From: Macrostomum hystrix
Taxonomy: Eukaryota; Animalia; Platyhelminthes
Assembly (NCBI GenBank): GCA_950097015.1
Contig: CATNEN010000005.1
Coordinates: 1,922,001 to 1,986,000 of the forward strand
Length of the DNA: 64,000 nt
Reading direction: 5' to 3'
How positions within the stretch are numbered: position 1 is the first letter of the stretch; each line of letters starts with the position of its first letter. The notes beneath the pieces were generated by a model. The model did not search any database, was not told where the DNA came from, and saw nothing but the letters and a program-made list of their open reading frames with translations. Position numbers and translations under genes: made by a program. This document shows, piece after piece, positions 36,344-49,800 of this stretch.

Positions 36344-37822
36344 TTTCAAAAATGTTTTTAAATGTACAGCGAAAATTTCTTCAACTGTAAAAGATGAGAT
36401 TGTATCCGACGTTTTGGATTGCCTTTTATAGCTTTTCAAATGTCGGCCCTTTGGTACATATTTTATCCTAGCCAAAAAACTCGTTTCTTCCTACTTTTAG
36501 TGGCAGCGAAGAACTTTTTAAACTTTTTTGCTGGAAATTAGTTATAACTAAGTCGATCAGTGGTAGCATTATTGATAACCTAGACACGTTTTTAAAAGTT
36601 TTCTATATTTGTAGAGTAGTACAATATAATATACGACTGTTGTAAAATGGCATGCAGAGGACCCTCGATATCATCGCTGGAGGGTCAGTCAAATCGGACG
36701 CTTTGTAGACGCCATTTAGTTTTTAAAAAGTTCCTGACAAACCGCCCGCCGATAGTACTTTTTGTCATGCAGTCGAAGAGAAAGAGTATAGGGTGGCTTA
36801 AAGTTTGAGCACAGGACTCACTATAGCTGGTACGTATTTGCGCTCAGAAAACAAAACAGCTTGCGGATAAAATGCGACAACAGGCAGGCAGTTAGCTGCT
36901 ACCAAAGCTGGGAGAGGAACATTGAGGCAGCGATTCTCCCGCTCGCGTCAAATTCAAACAGCAGGCCAATATAGTTCATTTAATTATTAATGTGTCCAGT
37001 CAGCGCAATTTGCTCATGAACAGCTAAGAGAAGGGGTTACAGAGACAACGCAAAACTTGCTGGGAGAAATTCCAGAGAGACGCTTTTAAACTGAAGCGAC
37101 GCAGAAATTCAATTGCGTAGATTAGCCATCGCCTTGAAAGAATTCCATATTGCCTATTGTCTCGTACGTGCTACTGTCCCTACCGCAGCACAAGATCCTT
37201 CACACACGGCTTCAAGGGACCAATTGAGAACAACAACGCTGTTGCTTCATCTGAGTTACTCTCCAATTGTGTCTTAGAATCCTGATCTAGCTAGCTCAGC
37301 CACTAAAGCTTTTATATTTTCTTACCAAGGGCTGCCAAACGGAAGTCAGTGTTGGCCACGCCTAAATTTTGATAGACTAGGCGGAGACTGCAGCCGCACT
37401 GTGATTCGCTGGCCGTGGCTAGAGTGAGACCAAGAAACAGACAAGAGAGAGGTAGAGTGAGAGAAGCGAGAAGAGAAAGCGACAAAGTTTTGGCATTCTT
37501 TTAGTCTCGGAAATTTTTCGCAATGATTTTTTTTCATCTTTTTTAAGGACAAGTATTCTACCCCACACAACAGAACTTTAGCTCCGTTTCATACGCTGGT
37601 AGCTCATCGTCTGCTGAGAATATTAGGATAGCCTGTGTGGCTTCTGCTTTTTATTAAACTCAGGCTCAAGACCCACAATAGCTTGCGCCATATAACCAAG
37701 CCTGACCAGCCTCCACTGCTACCCGCCTGTGCCACTGGGTGAGAATTGATTGCAGCCTCACGAAAACAGCTATTAATTGAAACTGGAATACCAGACAAAC
37801 TGTGAGAGGTGACTTTGCCAAC

Positions 37823-40800
37823 ATGGCTGGTTGGAAGTCAGCACTGCTGCTTCTAGTGGCACTGCTGCCAGCCTGCTTGATTATCACAGGTAAGCAAAGC
37901 ACTGTTTTTATTTCACTTGTCAACTTTGAAAGCATCCGCAGAATAAAAAGCAGGTCTGTATACTGCCTTCCAGTGCGCTCCCAGTGCAGCTCCGCGGGTG
38001 CGGTAGTGCTTTTCAGTGTGCCAGAGAACTCGTCTGTTGGTACAGTCGTCGGCAACTTCTCCCAGTCGGATGGGCCTAGTAATCCAGTGAGCGATATCGC
38101 TAGCAACGCAAACTACGAATGTTATTTCAGCGCCAATACAACTGGCATCTACATGGCCCGGGTGTTCGATCTAGAGAACCCGATTTCCTGCACTGGCGCG
38201 CTTATGACCCTATTAAGTACGACAATAGATGGCTTTTTGAACTGCCCTTCGACAAAAAGTCTATTGATCAACATTGTGACAGTTGACGAGTATGACCCGT
38301 ACTTTTTGAAGCCCGAGTACAGCTACAATGTTTCTGAGGTGCGTAGAAGTCGTTAAGTTATTGGCTCAATGAACATACCAATTGTTCCAGTGAGAGTCGA
38401 GAATCGAACCCACGACCTTCGAGTTGTGAGTCCGACGCTGCAACCACTAGGCTATAACCCTGTCTAAAATATTGAAAAGTATGAAAAGTATCAATCAACA
38501 ATGAAAGGCCCTCTTTAAAAAACGACAAATAATTACTAAAGTTACCGAATTTCAAGTGTGTAAACATTGCGCAAAAAAGTTCAGTAAAAGAAAAATTATT
38601 CGATGCTTTAATTTTCGGTCAATTCTTGCAGGCAGAAGCAGTTGGTTCAGCAATATTCACCTTCAAGGGCCAAGTGACAGATCGTGATTACGGGGCAGAC
38701 AATACCTACACTTTTGCACTTGTAGTGAGTGAACGCATTTTACATTACACATGCAGAGTTTGCTGCTGCTGATCTTTAATCTACTCAGATAAACTTTTTG
38801 TAATACATAGAATTAGAACGCTCAGCAAACAATCTTTTACTTCGTTAGAACACTTCGGCTGGTGCCAGCATGTTCAGCACATCCTTAAGCGAGGGTGTGA
38901 CAGCAGGTGTTCTGCGAATACAGAGACAATTGGACTACGACGCAGGTCCTGACCACAGGGAGTACAGGCTCAATTTGTCCGCAACAGACAATTCTAGAAA
39001 GGTGGCTTACACCAGCGTCGTGATTAGGGTATTGGACTTTGACGACCTCAGTCCACGTTTCACGCAGGACATTTATCGGCTGTCTTTTATGGAGAATGTG
39101 AGTACCTACCAGCTGGCCTTGCCTTAAAACTTGTAGCAACCTTACAGCATCTTTACAGTAGAGGGAGATCAAGGGGGAAATAACAATAATTGCAGGAGGG
39201 CTGCGGGCAATGGCACATCATTTGGTGACACTAGACCCGCAGCCAGCGAGGAGGCAATTCTGCCCATTTCGCTGACTCCTGAGCACACACGCACACAGAT
39301 AACGAACGCAGGCATACGCTCACACAGGTGTGTACATCTGCCCTGACTTTCTCATCGTCAGGCAGTGTACACTTCACTGTGCCTTGGAGGTTGGCCCTCA
39401 AGGGCGTAAATTGCACGACAAGCCCTCAAGCCTTCTATCCGCGGCTGCGCCCCAAATGAATGAGGCCTCGCCGTGGAATCTGGCTAAAGGTTTAGTGCAA
39501 GAGTCGACCCGTTTCACTACTTAATCCACTTTGATCAGAGATTAGACAGAAACTGGGGTGAGATTAGATAAAAACTGGGGGTGAGATTAGATAGAAACTG
39601 GGGTGAGATTAGATAAAAACTGGGGTGAGATTAGATATAAAATTGGGTGAGATAAGACAAACTGGGGTGAGATTAGATAAAAACTGGGGTGAGATTAGAT
39701 AGAAACTGGCGTGAGATTAGATAAAAACTGGGGTGAGATTAGATAGAAACTGGGGTGAGATTAGAGATAAACTTGGGTGAGATAAGACAAACTGGGGTGA
39801 GATTATAAAGAAACTGGGGTGAGATTATAAAGAAACTGGGGTGAGATTAGATAAAAACTGGGGTGAGATTAGATCTATAGAAACTGGGGTGAGATTAGAT
39901 AAAAACTGGGGTGAGATTAGATAGAAACTGGGGTGAGATTAGATAAAAACTGGGGTGAGATTATAAAGAAACTGGGGTGAGATTAGATAAAAACTGGGGT
40001 GAGATTATAAAGAAACTGGGGTGAGATTAGATAAAAACTGGGGTGAGATTATAAAGAAACTGGGGTGAGATTAGATAAAAACTGGGGTGAGATTATAAAG
40101 AAACTGGGGTGAGATTAGATAAAAACTGGGGTGAGATTATAAAGAAACTGAGGTGAGATTAGATAGAAACTGGGGTGAGATTAGATAGAAACTGGGGTGA
40201 GATTAGAGATAAACTTGGGTGAGATAAGACAAACTGGGGTGAGATTAGATAAAAACTGGGGTGAGATTAGATAAAAACTGGGGTGAGATTAGAAAGAAAC
40301 TGGGGTGAGATTAGAAAGAAACTGGGGTGAGATTAGAAAGAAACTGGGGTGAGATTAGAAAGAAACTGGGATGAGATTAGAATCGCTGAATGTCTCGATG
40401 ATGTTGACTCGGAAAGGCTTAGAAAGTGAGTTCACCGTAAAGGGCGGAAAATGTCGATAACTAATGGTGAACTTTCATTAAAATCGGTGATTCGGTTTGG
40501 GAGCTATCGTGAATTAGTCTGTGCATGGCTATTTAACACCCAGTCTTTCTCTAGGGCAGGGGTCGGCAACCTTATATACCCCGCGGGCTAAAGAGAGAAT
40601 CTTAAAGACGACGGCGGGCCGCATGAAGAAAGGGGAGAGATGAGACCACAGATACTATAATAACTGTTATTATAGTTATTATAGTATCTGTGGATGAGAC
40701 ACAGGAGAGATCAGACAGGTGAGAGATGAGACGGGGGAGATAAGACGCAAGAGAGATGAGACAGGGGAGAGATGAAAAAGGGTAGAGATGAGACAGGGGA

Positions 40801-43800
40801 GAGATGAAAAAGGGTAGAGATGAGACAGGGGAGAGATAAGACAGGGAGAGATGAGATAGGGGAGAGATAAGACAGGGAGAGATGAGATAGGGGAGAGATG
40901 AGACAGGGGAGAGATAAGACAGGAGAGAGGTGAGACAGGGGAGAGATGAGACAGTGGAGAGGTGAGACAGGGGAGAGATGAGACAGGGGAGAGATAAGAC
41001 AGGAGAGAGGTGAGACAGGGGAGAGATGAGACAGGGGAGAGATAAGACAGGAGAGAGATAAGACAGGGGAGAGATGAGACAGGGGAGAGATAAGACAGGG
41101 GAGAGATGAGATAGGGGAGAGATGAGACAGGGGAGAGATAAGACAGGAGAGAGATAAGACAGGGGAGAGATGAGACAGTGGAGAGGTGAGACAGGGGAGA
41201 GATGAGACAGGGGAGAGATAAGACAGGAGAGAGGTGAGACAGGGGAGAGATGAGACAGGGGAGAGGTGAGACAGGGGAGAGATGAGACAGTGGAGAGATA
41301 AGACAGGGGAGAGGTAAGACAGGGGAGAGATGAGATAGGGTGTACTGTAGAGTAGGTGTTAGGAGGAGCTAAGGGCCGGATTTGGGAGCTTCGAGGGCCG
41401 CATCTGGCCCGCGGGCCGGAGGTTGCCGACCCCTGCTCTAGGGGGAAACATAGCGCGCTATTTCTATTGTTATAAAGTACGTTCCAACTAACACATTTTC
41501 AGGAAACTAGTACGATCAATGTTTCACTGCCGACTGTGCCCAGACTGGCAGCGTACGACAGGGACACTGGCATCAACCAGGCTATCGAATACAGCATCCA
41601 GTCTGGTGAGAGCAAGGCAAACTCGGTTGGAACAGCAAAGCTGTATATTATAAAGCTGTATTTGTAACATCAATAAAACGTGCGAAAAAAAATAATTTTT
41701 CATTTTCAGTATCTTCACCTCAACTGAGTTCCGGTGGGGTAGTCTATTTGGCTTAAAAAAAATTTTGTTTTATCCGGAGAAAGTTAATTTTCTTTTTTCT
41801 TTTTTTATCTTACATATTTGGAAAAAATACAGTTGCTATTTAAATATCTCGTTACAGTTAGTATTGTTTAATTAAGAATATGTTGCTAAAATTAATTTAT
41901 ATGTGTTTCTTTGTTTAATTTCACCCCTGCAGGTTCTGACCTTGGTGGTCAGTCATTCCTGCTGATTAATGCAAGCTCTGGCGAGTTACAGGTGACTCGA
42001 ATCATTGACAGGGAGACGCTGATCACGAATGAAATCCTTGTGCAGGTCAAGGTGAGTGAAATTCAAAGCTTTGTTGGGGTACTGGATGTACAGTAGCTGA
42101 AATTCATTAAGGTACTGGGGTGGAGTAGATGAGTTGGTAGAGCGGCCTAAAATGTTTACCTCTCGCACCAAGGTCCCGGAGCTCGATTCCGCGGCGAGGC
42201 CACATTTATTTTGGGCGCAGCCGCGGAGAGAAGGCTTGGGGCCTTGTCGTGCAATTTACGCCCTTGAGGGCCAACCTCCAAGGCACACTGAGAGTGTACA
42301 CTGCCTGACGATTAGAATTTCAGGGACGATGCACACGCCAGTTTGTGTATATGCGTGTGTGCTCAGGAGTCAGCGAAATGGGCAGAATTGCCTCCTCGCT
42401 GGATGCGGGTCTAGTGTCACCAAATTATGTGCCATTGCGCGCGGCCCTCCTGCGATTAAAAATAATATTATTAAAAAACGAAACTCGTCATCTGCCTAGT
42501 AAAGGCCAGTAACACTAACCTGTGAGCTATGCTATCCCGGCAGGCGCTTTTCAGTGTGCGTTAGGATTTCAAGCATTCCAAAATTTAGCATCTCGACTTG
42601 AACTCTATTGTTTACAACAGAAAGAAGGTCTCTGGCTCTTTTGAGCACGTACAGACATTGTGAAAGCTATAACTCTGACCCCACCCATTCAGTTTTGTTG
42701 CTAAATTTAGCTGCTCAAAAAACTACAATGGACAATTTTTTAAAATACGAGCTGCTTATTGCAAGGGCCATTGTATGCGAAGTTGAAATAAGTTAGTCAT
42801 TTAGTCATTGGTTTTAGTTTTGCTTAACCTTAAAACTGCAGTATTTCTTGGAGTGCCTTAAAATAAAATCAAAGATGGTCAAACTAAGTTCCGAATAAAT
42901 TGAGAGTAAACTTATGCGACACTCAAATTCGGACACTCAAAATCTGAATTGGCTGGATTTTTTAAACAGAATTCGACTCGTACATTCCACAGGCCTACCA
43001 AACTGATAAGCCGGACACGCGAATCGCACTGGCCACTGTCATCGTGACGGTGCTGGATAAAAATGACAATGCACCCCTGGTCTCGCCAGCCTCTGTTGCT
43101 GCTAGCATCGCTGAGAACTCTGCGTTTGGCACCTACGTCACCAGACTCACTGTTAGCGACAGGGACCTGGTGAGACGCTTGGACTATGAATGCGAGCTTT
43201 GTTAACAGCAGAAAGGCTGTTAATCCGGGATTCTATGAATCGGGGATTCTATGAATCGGGGATTCTATGAATCGGGGATTCTATGAATCGGGGATTCTAT
43301 GTATCGGGGATTCTATGAATCGGGGATTCTATGAATCGGGGATTCTATGAATCGGGGATTCTATGAATCGGGGATTCTATGAATCGGGGATTCTATGAAT
43401 CGGGGATTCTATGAATCGGGGATTCTATGAATCGGGGATTCTATGAATCGGGGATTCTATGAATCGGGGATTCTATGAATCGGGGATTCTATGAATCGGG
43501 GATTCTATGAATCGGGGATTCTATGAATCGGGGATTCTATGAATCGGGGATTCTATGAATCGGGGATTCTATGAATCGGGGATTCTATGAATCGGGGATT
43601 CTATGAATCGGGGATTCTATGAATCGGGGATTCTATGAATCGGGGATTCTATGTATCGGGGATTCTATGAATCGGGGATTCTATGTATCGGGGATTCTAT
43701 GAATCGGGGATTCTATGAATCGGGGATTCTATGAATCGGGGATTCTATGAATCGGGGATTCTATGAATCGGGGATTCTATGAATCGGGGATTCTATGAAT

Positions 43801-46800
43801 CGGGGATTCTATGAATCGGGGATTCTATGAATCGGGGATTCTATGAATCGGGGATTCTATGAATCGGGGATTCTATGAATCGGGGATTCTATGAATCGGG
43901 GATTCTATGTGGGCAGAAATTTTGTGGGCAGAAGATGATGCCAATATTGGTATTGTTTGTCACCAGACTACTCGACGAGAATCGTTGAAAATCTCGACAA
44001 TGCCCCTGTGTTGTGATTCTGGAAGTTATTTTATCGTATAGAGCGGAAAATTTTAGCCCATGTTCTGGATTTTTATGGCGATGGTTGAATATTTTGGGAG
44101 ATATGGAAACTAGGAAAATGTGGGTATTTTAAATTTTTCGTGGTCTTTTAACTCTTAATGAAAATAAAGTGCCGAATTCTGGTCGAAAAATGTCTTCTTT
44201 GCCCTAATTTTACGACATTCCTTTTAAGTCAAAGCAGTACGCTTAACACCTGCATTACTAATTACTTGCAAGATTTTAGCGGAGCCAAAATGATGCAGCA
44301 CCTAGACATTGTTCAATAACAGAAGCTTTTTGTTCTCAAACAGAAATTTGTATCTTTATTTATAGGCTGAAGAAAGATTAGCAGATTTAGGCGCAGAAGC
44401 AACTTAGAAGCCGCTAAAGACTTTCATCATAATGCTACATTTCCAAATTACTCAGGATTGTGTGCTAGCAGAAAGCTTTACTCTAATCAAAGCCAAAATT
44501 ATATATTCTTTCCATTCCAGAACTCAACGTCGGGATTCTTCATTTTAGATCCCAGAGGGGCATTCCAGATAGACTCAGTCACTGGGGTAGTGACCGTGCT
44601 CAACTCTAGCACCCTGGACAGGGAGACAACTGCGGTGTTCACATTTCAGGTGAGAGCGAGTGTTTGAGCACCCAAGGTTCTCGAATCTGCGGCGAGAACT
44701 CATTTAATTTGAGGCGCAGCCGCGGACAGAATGCTTGAAGGTTAATAAAAAAATGCAGGAGGGCTGCGGGCAATGGCGCATGATTTGGTGACACTAGACC
44801 CGCAGCCATCGAGGAGACAATTCTGCCCATTCCGCTGACTCCTGAGCACGCACGCACACAATTGACGTACAATTGACGCCCATGTGGGCCAACCCCCATG
44901 TCACAGGGAGAGTGTACACTTCATTTGTAATACGAAACTCAAGATTTTAAAGAAATATCGAACGCAAGAAATGCAACTTCCCTACTCAGTTCTAATATTC
45001 TCTGCATCGATCGCTTGAGCCAGTGCTAGCTGCTGGAACAGCAAAATCACAAAAAACTGCCGGTCTACAACTAGCCATGGCGGGGTAGCGGGGAGAAAAA
45101 ACCCAACCGGAGAGGGTAAAACTCAGATTCCGGAAGACGCCCACTGCGCGTTTCTATGGCAACCGTGTCTGCAGTTAGAGGGATTACGTGGCTAGTATAG
45201 GCTGGCGAGCAATGTGAGACATTACAGTTTAGAAACTAACAAAATGAGTAGATTTTTGTAGGAAAAATTGATTGTGTCCATTTCAGTCCCTCAATTATCC
45301 CATTGTCTGAATTATAGCGTAATCAGCCATTACTATGCTAGCTATAGCTTGAACAAGTTGAGTACATATGTACTTTATTAAGTTGAAGCACATGCACACC
45401 CTACGTACCTAACAAATTATTTAAGCAACTATTGTACCATATATTAATTTCTAGTCTCCTCTAATGAAAAGCTTTCTATGACAAACGGAATCATAACATT
45501 GCTTGACACATCTGAAAAAAAATTAGGTTACAACTAAAATAAAATAAGCTTACTATTAATTACTCTTGCTACTAGATTCCACTAAGTCAGTGCAATCGGA
45601 GAACATTGATAATTAGTGGATGCAGAGTAGTAACTTAAAACAATTGTCACCTATCACTCCTTTGAGTTGGTAATGCTTAAGCACTTTATGATCTCTCTAA
45701 TTTTGTACTTTATGATCGACAAAACACATTCTAAATATGATCATAAAATATTGCTTTCCTGGTAGAATTCCGGTTCATAGAATCCCCGATTCATAGAATC
45801 CCCGATTCATAGAATCCCCGATTCATAGAATCCCCGATTCATAGAATCCCCGATTCATAGAATCCCCGATTCATAGAATCCCCGATTCATAGAATCCCGG
45901 ATTCATAGAATAGCGAGTCAGTCTGAAAAAATAAACAGGGACAATAAAGGGCAGTGATCGCAATTTTAATCATGAATTTTACATGCCTAGTCCTTTGAGT
46001 ATTGGAATGTTGTGGGTGGAATGTTTTGGGTTCAGTGTGACTCATTTGGAGCACAGAAGCTCAAGGCTGTCATTAATTTAGTAGCAGCATGGTCAATGTG
46101 CAGTGAAAGTCTAACTTTAACTAAAATTGTATACCGATCTGGGCTGGTATTGTGAACGCGAGAATCAAAGCAATCCTGAAATCCCGCACAGGTCTTTGCC
46201 AGAGAGCTGTACACAGCCGAGCAGTTTTTCAGCAACAATGTGACAGTAACAATCCAGCTGACTGACGTCAACGACAACAGCCCCCAGTTCGGACAATCGT
46301 CGTATGTGTTCAACGTGTCAGAGGCTGCCCCAAACGACACACTGCTTGGCAATGTTAGTCGATTAACATACTTTTTGATAAAAAAGTTTATTTCGCTCGT
46401 AATACTGTTGAATCTTACAACGACCTCCGCTCCAGGTGAGCGCCACAGACCTCGACGCTGGCTTAAACGGCCAGGTAAAAATTTCTCTTTCTTTCGCGTC
46501 TGACAACGGCCTCTCCGTGATGTACATCGATCCGGACTCTGGAGCTCTACGGCTCCGTGCACTGCTAACCTCGAACGCGGCCTTCATATCCTCTTATCAA
46601 CTGGTTGTCACGGCGACCGACCAAGCCTCGGTGGAGAAGGACCGTCGAAGCAACCTGGCTCTGGTGCGAGTCAATGTGCTCAGCGCTTCCGTGTCGCCGC
46701 CAGTGTTTGCGCCGACATTTTTTACGGCAAGCGTCACCGAGGCTGCTCCGGTGGGCACTGAGGTGCTGCGACTCACGGTAAGTCACGGTATTCTTTCTAG

Positions 46801-49800
46801 CGGCATTTTTGTCTATGGCTCAATCCAATCCAATCCTATCCTACTTACGTTTTGGTTTGTTTGATTTGTCTTCTTCACTTAAAAAAGTGAAATTGTGACT
46901 ATTCTCTGACAAAAACTTTTCGAAGTTTCAACGGTTGGTGCTATACTTATTCCAAGTGAACTTATATGAAGTGGACCTCGTTTTCAACGTCTCTGTGGTA
47001 CTAACTGCACAATTGTGCTTCTCGTACAACATACTAAAAGACCAAAACTATGGGACTGAGTGTTTAAAATATTAATGTGCCCCGAATTTAGTCTTGTGCG
47101 TACTTCTTAATTAATTAGTCCACGTTTATTTTTTTAAAGGTCACTTCAGAATTTCTCAATCCAATTTCCTTCTATTAAACTGCGCTTTTTAGGCCACACT
47201 GAAATATCCTGGAACTGTGTTAACATACTCGCTGCTGAACACAACTGGCAGCGAAAAATTTAGCGTCGTGTCACAGTCAAATGAGTAAGAAATACGCGTG
47301 CTGTTTGATGCGTAAATTGTTTAGAAAGCGAATCATTTCGAGTGCACACTCACCAATACTTTACTAAAATACTACAATGTTCCGTAAATCATTATAGAGG
47401 GTTCTTGAGAATTTCTTCCGGCTTGGACCGCGAGACTGTAGGGTTCTACAACCTCACGGCTGTTGTGACCGACGGAACACTGGTAAGAACCAGAAGTTTT
47501 GGCATCAGATCAGCAAATAATTCTAAATACATCCCATTGATTGATAGTCTTGAAAGCTTTTTGAGTATATCGCAAGCAGAAACCAGTAGAAAATATACCA
47601 ACTGACTAGCAATGGTCAAAAGTAGTGCGTTGGACCACTTGCCTCAACTTTGGCCTAAGTATTAGTAAAGGATGCGTCCCTTTGTACAGCTGAAGTGGGA
47701 GGTCAACTCTCGCTAGGTTGTTAATTTTACTACAGTCAAATCTAAAAAAATGAGACTGAGTGTTTACTTTAAACCATCGCCCATCGTTTTTAAAATGCAC
47801 ATCAGAACGCCACTGCACCGGTTTTCATCACTGTGCTAGACTATAACGACCAGACGCCACAGTTCAACCAGCCGTCTTTCAACTTCACGGTGACGGAGAA
47901 CCAGCTCGCGCCGGTTGCGCTGGGTGGCGCTGTGATGTACGCTACGGACGCCGACCAACCAGGGACGCCAAATTCAGCTATTCAATATTTTCTTCTGGGA
48001 GCCGTGGCAGACACGTACTTCAGCGTGAACGCAACCACAGGCGAGCTTTTTACCAAGGCTGCGTTAGATCGAGAGGCCTCACCTGCCGGCTTCACATTCT
48101 CGGTGATGGCTCGCGATGGCGGCCTGCCGCCCCTTTCATCGACCGTTGAAATTCGTGTCGCGATTGGCGACGTTAATGACAATGCACCAGAATTTGATAC
48201 AGCAACGATTGCGACGGCCAATGTGGCCTTGGTTGAGAAGGGCACATACAACAACTTTTTACAGTTGAGGGTGAGTAGTTTCATGACTTTTCTGGAAAAA
48301 CTCGAATAAACTCGAATTAAATAACTACGTTAAGATGTCAGGTGTCGAAGTGTTAGCGCGCACTTTATAGAAGGGTGGAAGATGGCGGAATTCTCCTTGG
48401 TTTCCGCTCCTATTCGACCATTAGGACAGGTGTAAGGGTCAATGAGGTCAACTCTCTTAGTCCACATCTTCCCTTTGGCTTGGGTCTGACCATGATTGGC
48501 TCTGGTATCCATTAAGTAAATTATCAAAAACTTGACTACTTTATTAGACAATTTCGCCTCTCTTCGTTGCAGTTTACTGACGCAGATTTGGGCTCCAATC
48601 GAGACAGCCTGTTCGCTCTGGTTCCTTCTACAACTCTCAGTGGTGCTTTTGTAATCAATTCGACAAACGGCTTTCTCTCATCAACTGTGCCATTAACTAA
48701 AGCTCTATTTGGTAACTCCACTCGGCACAATATCACTGTGATGGTGTACAACTTGCAGCCATTGGTAAACTTTACTGGTAGAAACAATACCTTCGATGTT
48801 GTCATCAGCCTGCTCGATGCGAACGACAATCGTCCAATTTTTATTCAACGCACATTCGACGCTACGGTGCCCGAAGATCTGGCTGTTGGACGCGTGGTCG
48901 CATCTTCGATTGCCAATGATCTGGACACAACGCCACCCTATTCAACCATCGTTTATAACATCACAAGTGGAAATGAGCTTAACAAATTTCGTCTGGCCTC
49001 TGATACCGGAACATTGACGCTATGGCAGGCGTTGAACTACGATGAGCCGGATCGCAATCGGATTTTTAATTTGCAGGTGAGATTTGACAACAAAATTTTG
49101 GGATCGGCGACACAGGTAGGCGGCCCGAGGCCGGTACTTAAAACTCCCCGAGAGAACAAAGGTGCACAAAGGTGCACACGCATCTACATAAATGCACGTC
49201 CCCTGTGTGTCTAACTCGCTTTTTACTTACAGCGCAACGCACACAAGCAAGCTCAGTTATTATAAATTTAAAATAAAAAAATATAATCAGTGCCGTTTTT
49301 AACTAGCATACTATTGTCTACTCATTTACGCGAAGCTACATCGAAAAATAATGAAGCTTAGCTCAGATGATCATGCCAGTGATTGTACTAGAAGAAAATT
49401 CAACTCAACTGTGCGGCTGTTGCAAAAACAATTGCATGCCACCTGAAAGAGATTAAGGCGCGCGTTGTGCTTTCCAGAGCCTCATCTTGAGAACTGAGAA
49501 TTGGCCTTGCTGGGCCGATGACTGACAAATCGATGCTAAAAATCGATCCAGACTTCAGGCTTATAGATGCCTCCTCAGAACTGGGGTTGTTAAGGGATCG
49601 CTTAGTTGAATAATTCAACAAACAATTCTGCCTGTAAACTATAGCCTAGTGCTCAGAGCAGTTGAGCAACTCCACATTGAAATGTAGACAAAGCGCAATG
49701 GTACTCTCGCCTTTTTGCAGATTGTGGCCTACAATCCTGTGCGAGAGGCCGGCAGTTTTCGTTTCAACGACACGGCACAAATTATAATTAACGTCATTGA

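Noticed and set aside
42385-42455. GCCTCCTCGCTGG in SINE family 1 matches the P3/L3 segment of the genomic HDV ribozyme
   Set aside because: No upstream P1 strand, no GG for P1.1 and no convincing J4/2 or P2; the bases are used in simple hairpins. A self-cleavage assay would settle it.
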